The position numbers and the translations under genes are program-made. Shown in pieces: positions 1-12,142 of a DNA stretch of 64,000 nt. The DNA is taken from positions 2,170,001 to 2,234,000 of the forward strand of contig JBLDXI010000002.1 of the NCBI GenBank assembly GCA_047495785.1, read 5' to 3'. Origin of the DNA: Lepidodermella squamata. Its lineage: Eukaryota; Animalia; Gastrotricha. The notes beneath the pieces were generated by a model that was not told where the DNA came from, ran no database searches, and worked only from the letters and a program-made list of their open reading frames with translations. Each line of letters begins with the position of its first letter. Position 1 is the first letter of the stretch.

Positions 1-460
1 GTGAAGAAAGGTAGCGGCTTCTTTGTTGTATTCCCGTCTGAATGATTGTCAACGTTGGCTTCTGTGCTCCTTTCAGATTTTGTTCTAACAAACTTTCCGA
101 CCGTCTCATTTCGACGCTGATCAGGGTGTGACCTGGTAATGTGCTGAGCTAGGCCTTTGTTCGAGGCGAATTTTCTGTCACAGTGAGGACAATCTATCAA
201 GGGAGCTGTTCCGCCTTCGCCGGCGGTTGTATCTTTGTGTTTCATTCGCATGTGGCAACCAAGTCCTCGATTGTCTAAAAATTTCGCGTTGCAATTCGCT
301 TCTGGACATAAGACTGTCTTAATCTTCTTCGGCTTCTCGTTCGAAATGCTACTTGACGATTGTCTATTTGTCTCAAGTTCGGTCGCTGGTTTCGGCGAGT
401 TCAGTACACTTTCTATTTGATCAACAACGAGTGTTCCAGACCAGGCTTCACTATTAACAA
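1..460 (-). CDS. Partial ORF with two C2H2 zinc fingers, running off the left edge; either the N-terminus of an R2/NeSL-type non-LTR retrotransposon or an exon of a host zinc-finger gene
   Basis: Minus-strand translation gives CPEANCNAKFLDNRGLGCHMRMKH and CPHCDRKFASNKGLAQHITRSHP; the frame is open to position 1; no ATG precedes the fingers. Not in the ORF track. Confidence 0.55.
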
Positions 461-466
461 CTACTT

Positions 467-498
467 GGATAAGTGGATAAGTGGATAAGGATAAGTGG
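467..498. repeat. Short tandem repeat (GGATAAGT)n, about 4 copies
   Basis: GGATAAGTGGATAAGTGGATAAGGATAAGTGG read directly. Confidence 0.85.
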
Positions 499-1269
499 GG
501 AAATGAAGGCCGTACCCGAATTATCGCCGCGTTTTCAAAAAATCAAGAATATAGTCGCCGCGGCCCTTATTCGGTATCTTGAAAAAATACGGGATCTTTT
601 AGCGGAACCAAATTTGGCTGTTGCGGAACCTAAATTCAGAGAAGCCAAAGGTGATTTACGAATATTTCTGCGATGTTAATGCAATGTAAGACTTTTATAG
701 TGAAGAACGTGTCTTTTTCCAGAATTTTACGCTGAAGATGATAAAGAATTGTACCATGCGGGGTTGATTTAATGGCAATCTCATGATTCGTTAGTTAGAC
801 GTGAATTAGACGTGAATTATGGAATCAATCGTAGTTCGGCAGAAATAGTAGCCGAAATATATTAGTTGTGGCAGAGGGGCAAAAGGGTAAAATCCCTAAC
901 AAGACGTGGTCATAATACGAAAATGGTAGCACAAAAATAACACAACTACGGTAGTGCTACGGCGACTGCTATTTCGGTACTATCACAGTGCTACGTAGCA
1001 CTTTAGGGTGCTACGGCCAGCTTGAATTTTTTTAAAGACATCAAAACTAGCACAGGATTTTCACGAATTTCCGTTTCCTGTCTGTATGAAAGGCAGGCTA
1101 CATGAAAACAAGTCAATAACCGAAAAACACAGTAAGGCAAGAATATTCAGCATGTAGCCAGCTGAATATCATAAGCTGAATGTATATCGGATACTTCCCG
1201 AGTAGTAGGTGCGTTAAATACAAATTGCTGCGAAATGTGTACAAAGAAGAGTCATAATAGGAAATCGTT

Positions 1270-1530
1270 GACAACCCGTGATCGGAAGGGAGTCTCTGGA
1301 ACCCGTGAAAGTGGGCTGGAAACCAAACTCTAAAATCAGCCAGAATGCTAGCTATGTGTTATGGGGAACTTTGGGGTCCCAGGGCGACCAGGTGGTGAAA
1401 GACGGGCGGGTTCCAGCCTATTCAACTAACAGCTGGGATCCCAGGTAACCCGTTAACAACCCGTCATGGGGAAGGGAGTCTCCAGAACCCGTGAAATTGG
1501 GCTCTGATTTTCTTGCCTGAAATCAGCCAA
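1270..1530. repeat. Degenerate direct repeat, ~50-bp core, ~186-bp period
   Basis: ACAACCCGT...GGAAGGGAGTCTC..GAACCCGTGAAA.TGGGCT at ~1271 and ~1457, each followed by AAATCAGCCA. Confidence 0.75.
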
Positions 1531-2332
1531 CAGCCGGTTTGCCATCGCAGGCAGCGACAACAATTAAGGGGACATTGGTCAGTATGAACAGTAGCAAATT
1601 CATCATACTCGGCTCCGGCTTGTTACTGTAGACCTCTAGCCTCTAGGTAGTATGTGAATACATTATATATCATGGTTTGACATACTTTTAAACGTTTTCT
1701 ACAACGAGACTGAAGCAGTTTTACCTGATTTTTATCACCGTTCACGTGACCTTTTATACCCCGCTCATATTAAGGTAATTCGCCAATGCGAGTCCCTGAT
1801 TGGCTATATGCTAGTTTTTGAAATTTCATAAATTTGAAGTCAGGGCGAATTTAAAAATGCTACGGCGCCGATATGACTGGCCGTACCGGCACCACGTAGC
1901 AGTGCCGTTCTTTCGGGTAGTAAGAACCCTACCTTCTATACCCGAAAGTATAGTAACGGTGCGAGTGCTATGAAATTCGACCAATAGCAAAAGTGGCTTC
2001 CAAACAAAAGTATTCAGAGCCGATATGCCGTTGAAAAAGCCACGATCCAACACCCCCTGACAATTCTGGTAATATGAAACCCCACCTGCTCTTTGTCAAA
2101 TTTGATAAACCCCAGGTTGGATTCAGAATTTAATAAACTACCTGGTGTAATGTGAAACGAAAATGATGAAAATGATTTTATTGTTTCACTTCCCCGCGAC
2201 TGACCTGGTTCGCCATAACCTGGGCCTCCGAACTGCCCACCCCATCCGCCCTGGTTGACCGGGCCGCCGTGGTTGCCGTAATTCCGTAATGGTTGCCGTT
2301 GACTGAAGACGGCTTTTCTTAGCTGTGGGCCG

Positions 2333-3060
2333 TTAAATCTTGGTCGCGTGCTGATTTTCGGGCAGTCTCGCGCTTAAAATGGTCAGGTTCGCCGCACGCC
2401 GCACAGCCCTGACCAGAGAAATTGAGCTTTGGACCGGCCTTCGCTTTGTCTCATTTTCGCCAACCTGTTTACCCTCCTCCTCGACTTTGTCTTTACTCAT
2501 CAAGATTCGATCTTTCACTGAGTCAAATCTCGCATACTCATTGCCTTTCTCGTCGATTAGAGTAGCACCCACCAGCCTGAGTTCTGCCTTGTTCGGTTGT
2601 TTTTCTCGGAACTCTTTCAGCTTAGATTGGTAACTCAATTGATGCGTGATGCGGAGGCTTGTACGGCAAGACTTTGAAATCCTGTCGATTTTCGTTCCGT
2701 TCAATCGCCTGGCTTGCCGCTGTTTGTGTTCCAAAAAACCTTACTCGAAACGTCGTAGATTTTCCTAGTCGTTTGAACGAGTCGAAGACATCGAACAGGT
2801 CTGTCATCACAGCGACCACCTCGTCGAATTCCGCATTGTTTGAAATGCAGTGGACCACCACGCAGTGGCTCGCATCCTCCTGTTCGATTTTGTGTAGTCG
2901 TCGACTAGCATCCACTATTCTTGGCACCTGACTTTCGAGCAGCTCGCCATACTCGATTTCCAGACCATCGACAATTTCTTCGAACTTTCTCCAATCTGGA
3001 TCAGCTTCGGCCTTTCTCGCCTCTTTCACCCAGAGCTTTGGTGCTTCTCAGCTTCTCAAA
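2333..3060 (-). mobile_element. Frameshifted LINE ORF1p-like remnant (coiled coil plus RRM-like region)
   Basis: Overlapping ORFs 2622..3029 and 2333..2734 join by a frameshift; IEQEDASHCVVVHCI...FKRLGK resembles the LEQ.SR..N..I.G / RLG pattern of CR1/L2/L1 ORF1p. Confidence 0.4.
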
Positions 3061-4699
3061 GATGCCCAAAGTTCAAATTATATTTGTAAAAACCTCAGAA
3101 AATTTAATATTCAATCGCAGATATCCCCCACCCCTATATTCCCCACGATAAAAAGCTTGCACTGAAAAGCTTAAGATGAATCAGGCCAAACGGGGTCAAG
3201 GACAACATCCATACTCCGCAGTGCGAATTCATAGATAAGGGTAATCTCGAGGTACAAAGTGCCTTTGCTAAGTGCCTTTAATAAAAGCAACGCGTGCATA
3301 GACCACAGCCTGGACCCTGCATTCAAAAATGGTAATTTTATCTTATTTTCCATATAAATGTGTGCTCCAAAATTATTGAAAATGAATACGCCCGATGACA
3401 ATTTTTGAGAAGCGAGCGTAGCGAAGCCTCCTTTCTCTCTCCTTTTGGGTCCAGAGAGAGGGCTTCAGGGGGTTCTGAGAATATTTCTATCGCAATAAAT
3501 GAAAATCAAATACTTTATTAACAATTTCAAATAAGAAAAAAAGCAAAGAAATGGAACTTAGTTTTTTTAATGTGAAGAACCACTGCCGAGCCTGCTGCTG
3601 AGCACACCACAAAGCTTGCAATCGAAAACTGAGATTGCTTTTTTTTTTATTAACGATTAATGTTGCCATGACAGCCCTCCTGGTCAGAAAGAAAGAATAA
3701 AGGTTAAAGAGAAATAGCTCGCAAGGTTGAGGAAAGAAGAAAAGGGAATCGCGTTTGGATGCGATGCCACGACACGGACCAAATGAAAGATTGTCGTACG
3801 AAGTGGCTGTTACTTGAGATACTCCGGAAAGTTTCAAACTCTGAAAGACTTCGAACTTGAAGACTTTCCGTGTTTTCAATTAAAGTTTTTCTGTCATGAA
3901 GATACTCATGGTATGGGGATTTTTCGCAGTGAAACGTATCAACTGAAATAATTATGTTGCGCTCAGTTTAGATATTGTTGTTCCTCGAATAATTTTCAGA
4001 TTTTTTTCACTTTTTATCGATTTCGGAAAATAAAACCACGGTAATATTCGATCAAATACCGTATGACTTTGGATAGAGGGTAACTGTAAGGTCGGAGGCA
4101 CATACGATATATGAAGTTAGTGGTAGGCGTGGGGACCCAGCCCCTCTGCGGAGGAATAGAAATTGTTCGCAAGAGATGACTATTTTGCAAGTCCCAACCA
4201 TGGCCAGACACACGGACTGAAAGCCTTCGAGCCACAAATGAGTGGAGTGTGTGATCTTAGGTAGTGATATTCCACTACGAGGCATCTGTGAAGCTCTAGC
4301 TAATAGATATAGAAAAATATACTGTAAGCAAATTCGAACAAGAGGACGCTAGGCACCCAAAGATCAAGATTTACACCTTCTTTATAATGATATGGAAGGC
4401 ACAAACTTCATATTCTATTAATAATCATAATAGCATTCATGTTCTTTCTCTTTTATATGTATAATTTTTCTATAAAACGTAACTTTTCAATGTAAGGACC
4501 GAGAACAAAACGAGAAGCTGTTTGCTAAGTAGTGCATATGTATTGGAAAAGGATCAAGTAACTTTTTTACAATAATACGATCTGATGCTAACAGAAAGCA
4601 AAAGGTCTTTATAAATGTCTATGGAATAATCTGGAACATGGAAGGTTCCCGAATCGTGGAATGTTCTGGAAGCCTTAGTCCTGACATTCAAGCAGAATT

Positions 4700-5750
4700 T
4701 CAGGGTCCATGCTTTTTGAAATTGCGACATTTATAGCCGTGGCTGCGATATTTCAGTCTGAACATCGAAGTCATCCGGCGCCATCTCGTGCAGGCTCTTC
4801 GATATGAATGTGCATAGGTGTACCGCATGTTTCTGGTCAACAGTAAGCCATTCAAGTCGATGCCGAAGCGGAGCCGGATCCGCCAAATGATGAGCGCCGT
4901 ATATGATTTTGATGGCTTGATCTTGGGGCGATTGCAGCTTGTCGCGAGTCGATTTCGAGGCTTGCCCAAGGGTAATGTCGCCATAATTCAGATGACTGAC
5001 AACGAGACCGTTGGGCATCATGACGGCAGTTTTGCGATGATCAACTCCAGCGTCGACAGCTTGTTTGAGAGCGAACAAGCCCTTTCGAGCCTAGCCCTTC
5101 GCCATCACGACGTGTTCGTCGAATAAGTCAATATGGAAGCGGAGCGTGTTCATGGATAACCCTTCGCGGCCTAATCGCAACGCCACCGATGGTGACCGTG
5201 AAGTCGGGCGCTGTCGAAAGGTGCGGCTTGAGCAGCATAAACTGCGATTTTTTACCATTTATCGCTAAGCTGTTCTGCTTCAGCCATGCGCGCAACCTGT
5301 CATGTCCCAGTTGTAGGTAGAACAGCCTGTAGTTCGTTGATGTTTTTAGAACCAAAGAAAATGGTAACGTCGTCAACGTATGCCGCATCGGCTAAAAATC
5401 AGGGAAGGTCGTTGAAATAGATCGTGATCATGAGACGTCCCAAGATTGTCCCTTGTGGCACACCGCATACAATTGACTCGAATGGGGATGATTCGCCATT
5501 GATTTTGGCAAAGATTTTTGTGGTTTGGCGGCGGTAGCTCATCATCAAGCGAATATTGTGTAGAGTGTTCTGTAAGACAATCTGTCGAAAGCTTTTCGGA
5601 CGCACGTCCAAAAAGCCGACAGCGGTCTTGAGGCTTTTATTGCAGGCGGCTAACAAATCGACAACCAACTGGTGAACGGCGGCAGTGTCTGTATCGCATT
5701 TTTTGCGAAAACAAATCTGCAAGGTATTCCTCAAAACAGCACCCACGTGA
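4700..5750 (-). mobile_element. Degenerate non-LTR retrotransposon (CR1/L2-like) reverse transcriptase and C-terminal region
   Basis: Across frameshifts: VGFLDV, GVPQGTILG..ITIYFNDLP, AYVDDVT (YADD-like), WLKQNSLAINGKKSQFM and SHLNYG...LQSPQDQAIKII...LEWLTV. Confidence 0.85.
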
Positions 5751-7458
5751 TTGGGCAGGTCCCGGGACTCCGGGACTGCTGTTAGGCGGAAGCCGGACCC
5801 CGATTTTTTCTCTGTCTGTTTGTGACACCTGCAGCTACTGGTCTTGATTCGTCTTGAGATTTTCTAAACTTGTTGATCTTTGATCCTAAAATTTATTCAT
5901 GAGATTTTTTTACGTCTCGATATTTACATCAGGTATAACAGCCTTCACTGAGGTTACCGCGGTAAAATCGATCGTTTTTACAGGCACTTGGTTTTCTTTA
6001 CTCCGCAGCCCAGGTAACTGCAGTGTATGGAATCCTAAGATTACGCATGCAATCAACAGCACTTACTCATTTTGTCGTGAACCTCCTCCCTCGGTGATCT
6101 CGTAAGACTCTGGGAGACTCAGTTTCATGAGGTTAACGTGAATCACCTGAGCATCATGTGTTGGATGTGTTGTTCAAAGGTGTGGAGCTACAGAAAAGCT
6201 ACAGAAAAGCTACAGAAAAGTCACGCCGTAAACTTTCCAGGCCTTGGCGGCAGTTTGAAGACAGTCTCGCAACGTCTGCGAAGGATGGCGTCAGATTTTG
6301 AATCATTTTGCATTATGCGTCTTTTCATCCCCGTAACGGCCAGCTTGACCAACTAGTTTTACGTCCTCCTGAGACAGGGTATCGCATAGGACATACCCAT
6401 TAGAGCTGAGGGGACGGCAGATTGACCGCGCCGATACTCGTTGATGTCAATCACATTTAAAGCTCATCGTCACGCTGACTGCATGTTCTGAACGTTCAGC
6501 TCACGCTGGGTGACTTGCTCAATGCCACGAACATTAGACCGATGCTCTTGGGGAGGAAATGAGAGATCCAATATTTCAAGCTGGCCGCTTCCTCTCAAAA
6601 CGAGCCAGGCGAAAAGAGTTACCTCGACAGCCCGCCTACCGTTTGACATCTTCCTGAAATTGAGAACCTAGGATTCCAGTGTTGATCTTTGAGATTTTTG
6701 AGGTTGTTCGTCTCACTTTTCTCGGTTTTCTGTTATCGAAATTATCAAACTAGGGACCTGCCCATTACGCCACGCTGCCAAGCGCAGCGTTAGACAATCT
6801 CCATTAAGCCTCTGTAGGCCTGAGACACGACGCATGAATGAATCACTTCACACACGGCCTGATACATGCGGCATTTATACCCAATAAATAACGCTGAAAT
6901 AATATGCAAATATTTTGTTTTAGTATTTAACCAACCAATATTGTATTTTATTTGTGATACAAAATATCCTTCACATATTTTTATTTTCCGCTAAAAAATC
7001 CTGGGCGCAAAAAAACGGAGACCGGACGCGTAATAATTGAAACCGGCGGGTTGATTGACGATCTTCTGCGAAAAGGCTTAGATAAACTTGAGCGGGGTTC
7101 GGCACCACATCCAATGGTGTCGAATCTCCATTAGAGTGGGAGGAATCGGGGCGGGTAGCCAGCTCGCTCTCTCATCTTCTAGTCTGTCTGTCTCTAATAC
7201 TCCCCACTACTTCGGCACTTGTTGTCTGTTGTCTTTTTCTTCACTTGTGAGCGCCCGGCCCACAATATGTTGTTGATGTTGGCCTATATTAGAGAAACCA
7301 CCGCTCAGTTTGTTTGTGGCTGTTCTTGCAGTCGGAGGTCGGGGGGCCTTTGAGCACTTCTGATAAAAGTTGACAGCGCGAAATCGTAAGTCAACAGTGA
7401 ACAATGACGGCCATTTACGGGCCTTGCGGAGTAGGTATTATTTATAGCAACTGGTATT

Positions 7459-8351
7459 TACTCTCGGAGTAGCTACTCTCAGAGGTAGTTTTAACTGGGA
7501 AGTTACTCTCAGGGAAGCTCTGTTACAGGGGCTACCGGGTAACAAGGGTTAACTTCGTTCAACAATTCGATGAAGTGCATGACATTGGATGTTACCGACA
7601 ATGTTGGGTGTAGGCTGCCCTTTGGCTCTTATTTTTTCAAGTGTCATGTGATGGGCCAATTATTTGGGGAAAACTTTTTTCATCCGACCAATGTCTTTTT
7701 TATGCGACCAATGTCTTATTTCATCCGAAAACCAAAAATGTGACTAAAACCAGCCGACTTGCTTTTTCATATTTTCGAAAAATTACAGTAAAAAGTGACT
7801 TCTTGGATCGCCATGAATCTTTCACCATAAAATTCCGCCGATTCAAGGGCCAAAATAGGGTGCATAAAAGGGGCATGCACCAACGGAAAAATCGAACCTG
7901 GGAAAATCGAGAAAATCGATATTTCCATGTCAGATGATTTTAGTCACATTTTTGGTTGTCGGATGAAATAAGACATTGGTCGGATAATAAAAGACTTTGG
8001 TCAGATGAAAAAAGTCACACCCAATTATTGACAGGCAAACGATCAATTCACCTATGATTTTATTGTTCATAAGAAACTGATTATCAATAACAATATAAAC
8101 TAGACTTTTCCCCGCGCCCAAAAGTCTTAGAGGAATATTATTTTTAGATAGAAATGCGAATTCAAAAGCTTAGTGTCGAAGTTTTGTTACCGAATTGAAA
8201 AAACTTAATTTGTCGAAGGTAGCTCTTTAGAAAGCACTTACTCTGAGAGCAACTGCTCTAGAAGTAGCTACTCTCAGAGTAACAAACCTAAACAGGTATC
8301 TACTCTAGGAGTAAAGGCCTTCTACTCCGGGAGTAGGCTACTCTTAGAGTA
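7459..8351. repeat. Foldback/MITE-like structure: ~95-bp inverted arms (~7657-7752 and ~7935-8030) flanked by clusters of palindromic TACTCY-N-RGAGTA units
   Basis: GACCAATGTCTTATTTCATCCGA...CCAAAAATGTGACTAAAA and its reverse complement; the palindromic units cluster at ~7459-7512 and ~8238-8351. Confidence 0.75.
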
Positions 8352-8619
8352 GATCTCGGATCACGAAATACCATTTGGCGCGACACTTCTCAAAATCCTC
8401 CACCCACAATTTTTACTAAGGGTTTACTAAGACTCTGTGCTGTGTCTAGTATTTTTAGTCTTTTGTCTTTTCGCATCTGGCATGTTCTCTCCTGTGATTA
8501 GTTTTGGGTGTTCTTTAGTTCAGCAGAATTAAATCATATTTCATATTCATTTGCGGGAATTTCCGATAGAATTGCGGGTAAGGGGTAAGGAAAAAACGGT
8601 AAGCGAACTAGGTTGTGTA

Positions 8620-8803
8620 CAGTGGCGTAACTAGGTCTTCCAATCTGGGGGGGGGGGGGGGGGGGGGGGGCAGCACATCTTTTCCACGTATTTTCGGCCC
8701 CGAATTTTTCAGACCAAAGGGTCCCCCTGTGGTACCCCGAGTAGATTTTTCCAGGTGGCGGGGCCGGTGCCCCCCTGCCCCCCCCCCCTTAGTTACGCCC
8801 TTG
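8620..8803. mobile_element. Non-autonomous hAT-type MITE, 184 bp
   Basis: Imperfect TIRs CAGTGGCGTAACTAG / TTAGTTACGCCCTTG, internal poly-G and poly-C runs, 8-bp TSD GTTGTGTA / GTTGTGTG (7 of 8 match). Confidence 0.85.
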
Positions 8804-9179
8804 GTTGTGTGGACTAGGAAGCGCAGCGGCGAAAATAGCGAAAATTTAAACTATTCGCGAAGGAAAGGAAACGGTTAGATTAACTTGGCGTTGCTGCTAG
8901 CGAAGATTTGAATAAATTGTAGGACGATTACGTGGTCATAAAACAGACTAAGGACGATGTCAAAAAGGAACTTTGAATCAAGTTTTACGCGCTTAAAGAT
9001 ATGCCTCGGGAAGCACATTCGCTTTGTTGGCACCTGGTAGCATCTCTAACCAAAGGGTCGGGAAAACACGACTACAAAACTGTAATCGAAGCCGAAAATG
9101 GGAATATTTTATAAATTCAAGCAGCAGAAATGATCAGATGCTCAGATTTTCTAATATTCTGCATATTCATTTAGGCATA

Positions 9180-10385
9180 ATGGAGTGGACCTCTATTTAT
9201 GTGGGAATCTATCTTGCAAGCATTCTTGTTGTGATTCTATTTATCGTAAGTTTCGTGGTTTATTACTCCTTGGATGTTTGACGTCAAGTTTATAATTTTC
9301 AGGTGCTCGTCCTTCTGTATATTTCCGATGGCCCCTATCCTGTAATATTCAGAGCGGAGTCTGAAAAGTTCTTCAAAGATCCACTTTCGAACCAATATCT
9401 CCGATTCCCCACTATCGACGAGAAACCCTCTAAAACGTTATCGATAATCGTACCTGCTTACAATGAGGAGCAGCGATGTATGATTTGATTATTTTATGTC
9501 TTGAGAAAACGAATACTCATTCATGTGTTTCAGTGCCTAAAATGCTTGATGAAGCTCTTTGCTACCTCGAGCAAAGACAGCAGTCGAAACCCAATTTTTC
9601 ATTTGAAATTATTGTGGTAGATGATGGTAGCTCAGACAATACCAGCCAAGTGAGTCAATTTACTCTGTTATTATTGGTAATTTAATCTTCTCCAGGTTGC
9701 ACTAGGATTCTCCGCGCGCTACTCCACCGATAAGGTTCGGGTGCTGACCGCAGCGCGGAATCGAGGCAAGGGCGGAGCAGTTCGGCTCGGAATGTTATAT
9801 TCTCGCGGACGCCTCGTGCTCTTCGCCGACGCTGATGGTGCTACTCGTTTTTGCGATATCGAAAAGCTGGAAGAGAAGGCCAAAGAACTGGAGAAGAATA
9901 GCATGCATATGACTCCTCATGTGTTGATTTGCGGATCTCGTGCTCATCTCGAAGTCGACTCGACGGCTAAACGTTCTCTGTTCAGAACACTGCTAATGCA
10001 CGGATGGCATATGCTGGTTTGGCTACTATGCGTCAGAAATGTTCGTGACACCCAGTGTGGGTTCAAGCTACTCACACGCGAAGCTGCCCGTCTCTGCTTT
10101 CTCAATCTCCACGTTGAGCGATGGTGATTTTTTGCCCCTCCTTAAGCGGCAGGATAATTTGTTTTTGCGTTTAGGGCTTTTGACGTAGATTTATTGTATA
10201 TCGCTGATTATCTTCGCATGGAAATCGGTGAAGTTGCGGTTAACTGGACCGAAATCGAAGGCACTAAAATGATCCCTGTTTTCAGCTGGCTGCAAATGGG
10301 CAAAGATCTTATTCTCATATGGTTAAGATATTTCACTGGTGCCTGGAAAATCTCAAAACGCCCCGAAATCGACTTCAAGAAATGA
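9180..10385 (+). CDS. ALG5: Dolichyl-phosphate beta-glucosyltransferase, 5 exons
   Basis: N-terminal TM; LSIIVPAYNEEQR, EIIVVDDGSSDNT, NRGKGGAV, LFADADGAT, RDTQCGFKL, WAFDV, EVAVNWTEIEG; four short GT-AG introns keep the frame. Confidence 0.95.
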
Positions 10386-10913
10386 CGAGCCTCATTCCGC
10401 TGACGCGCAAACCTGCTTCTCTCCTTGCTTTGTAACACGCGTATTTTCGTTTTCTGCCAAGTTGATATCGTGGACGTTTCTGTGCCTATCACGAGTCGAC
10501 GCCTGCGAAACAATTTTTATTGACGGATTCTCTGAGTTTATCGAACGGTCTATAAATAGCTAACCCTGGTCGTCATTATTTATATGCAAGATTTTGTCGT
10601 GATGCCGTTTCGTTTTGTCGTGATTTTATAATTGCGAAGTGCAATGCGAGTTGATGAAAAAAAATAATACGTTCCATATGTTTCATTGAATTGTCCTGCA
10701 TTCGAAAAGATGAATGTTGCCAGTATAATACTTTCTTTCGGTACGATATATAAATTGTAATTATTCATTTGTGTTATTATTCTGTGGTTGCAATTATACG
10801 CAGTTATAAAGAAATGATGACGAATTTTTTTTGTCACGAAATAATAATTGAGTAAAATTTGGATGAAATGGGAATAACTTGTTTTATCTCCTTCCTTAGA
10901 TTTGTTAAGGTTA

Positions 10914-11365
10914 ATGTCTTCCACCATCATATTACTCGGACTTGGCTTGACTGCAGTTGGCGTGGGAGGTTGATGATTGTTTCTCGTTTTTTTGGCAATT
11001 TTTAAAGCAATTTTTTCGCAGGTCGATACGCATTAAGATATGGCCAAGTTATAAGTAAGCAAGTTAAGGCGGCTGTGGATGCAATCCCGGCGCAAACAGC
11101 AGCTGCTGGAGCCTTTTCTAAGTATTACCGCGGCGGCTTCGACGCGAAAATGTCTCGACGGGAGGCGAGTCTTATTCTCGGGGTTTCTCCCTCGGCGCCG
11201 AAAAATAAAATCCGTGACGCTCATAAGCGAATTATGCTGCTGAATCACCCCGACAAAGGCGGTTCGCCGTACCTAGCTGCGAAAATCAACGAAGCCAAAG
11301 ATTTACTGGAATCGACAGCACCCGACGGTTCGCCCATTCACCATAAGCCTGGTTCCAAAAAATGA
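10914..11365 (+). CDS. DNAJC19: Mitochondrial import motor J-protein (TIM14/PAM18); exons 10914-10968 and 11022-11365
   Basis: [21 protein letters not shown]...[29 protein letters not shown]. Confidence 0.95.
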
Positions 11366-12142
11366 ACAACTTATTGTTGTAATTACCCGTGTGCCTCTAG
11401 CTCTTCTATTTTCCACTCAAACCGAGTAAAAAATGACAGCTCAAGCAATAAAATCAGAAGAAAACTATCGTCTTATAAAAAAAATATATTGAAATGGAGC
11501 AGCATGGAAAGTAACACAAGCATAGAAAATTAACGGAAAAGGTTTCAGAAACTCTAAAATGATGACGAAGTCTCTCCTATGGCCAGAAAATTTTTAGAAA
11601 AATTCAAAAATCACGAGAATAGATATCAATTATGTCACTTGTTAATGGGAGGCCGGAGAAATTTGGTCCAAACGGGAAAAATACCGAAAATTACCGAACC
11701 AGTTACCAACGGGGTTTTCCGGGTTTTCTCCGGTATATTTTTTATTTCTTGGGTTAAATCGCGGAAAAAAGATGTATATTGTCTCGGTATGTTTAATTTT
11801 CGAAAAAATAGTTTAAATTCTTACAAATAGTTGCCAAATTAAAAAATAGTGCAACTTCTTGGATACATTGTATAAGCGTTTTTTTCGCTTTGGTTGCAAT
11901 TTTCTGCTTCGATCAAATTCTGCCAAATATTTATTACTTCAGACTTCATCGCCGGTTAATTGGTCGCTACGCTTCTCTGAAATTCGGTCGAATCCTCGGT
12001 CGTTCGAGATTATTAACCAAACGTAGATACAAAAATCAAACCGGTTTTACAGAACAATAAATCAGTTTTATTTGATAGAAAAATCATGCACAGAGGGTTA
12101 ACAATTTTTCGAGAACAGCCAACTATTTACAATGCATTTTAA

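Noticed and set aside
467-498. Tandem repeats here and at ~798, ~6188, ~43847 and ~55855 as CRISPR or telomeric arrays
   Set aside because: Only 2-4 short units with no spacers, a eukaryotic context, and no match to TTAGGG/TTAGG-type repeats.
6130-6560. Possible further LINE ORF2 fragments here and at ~20100-20560
   Set aside because: Only faint resemblance across many frameshifts; cannot be supported without an alignment.
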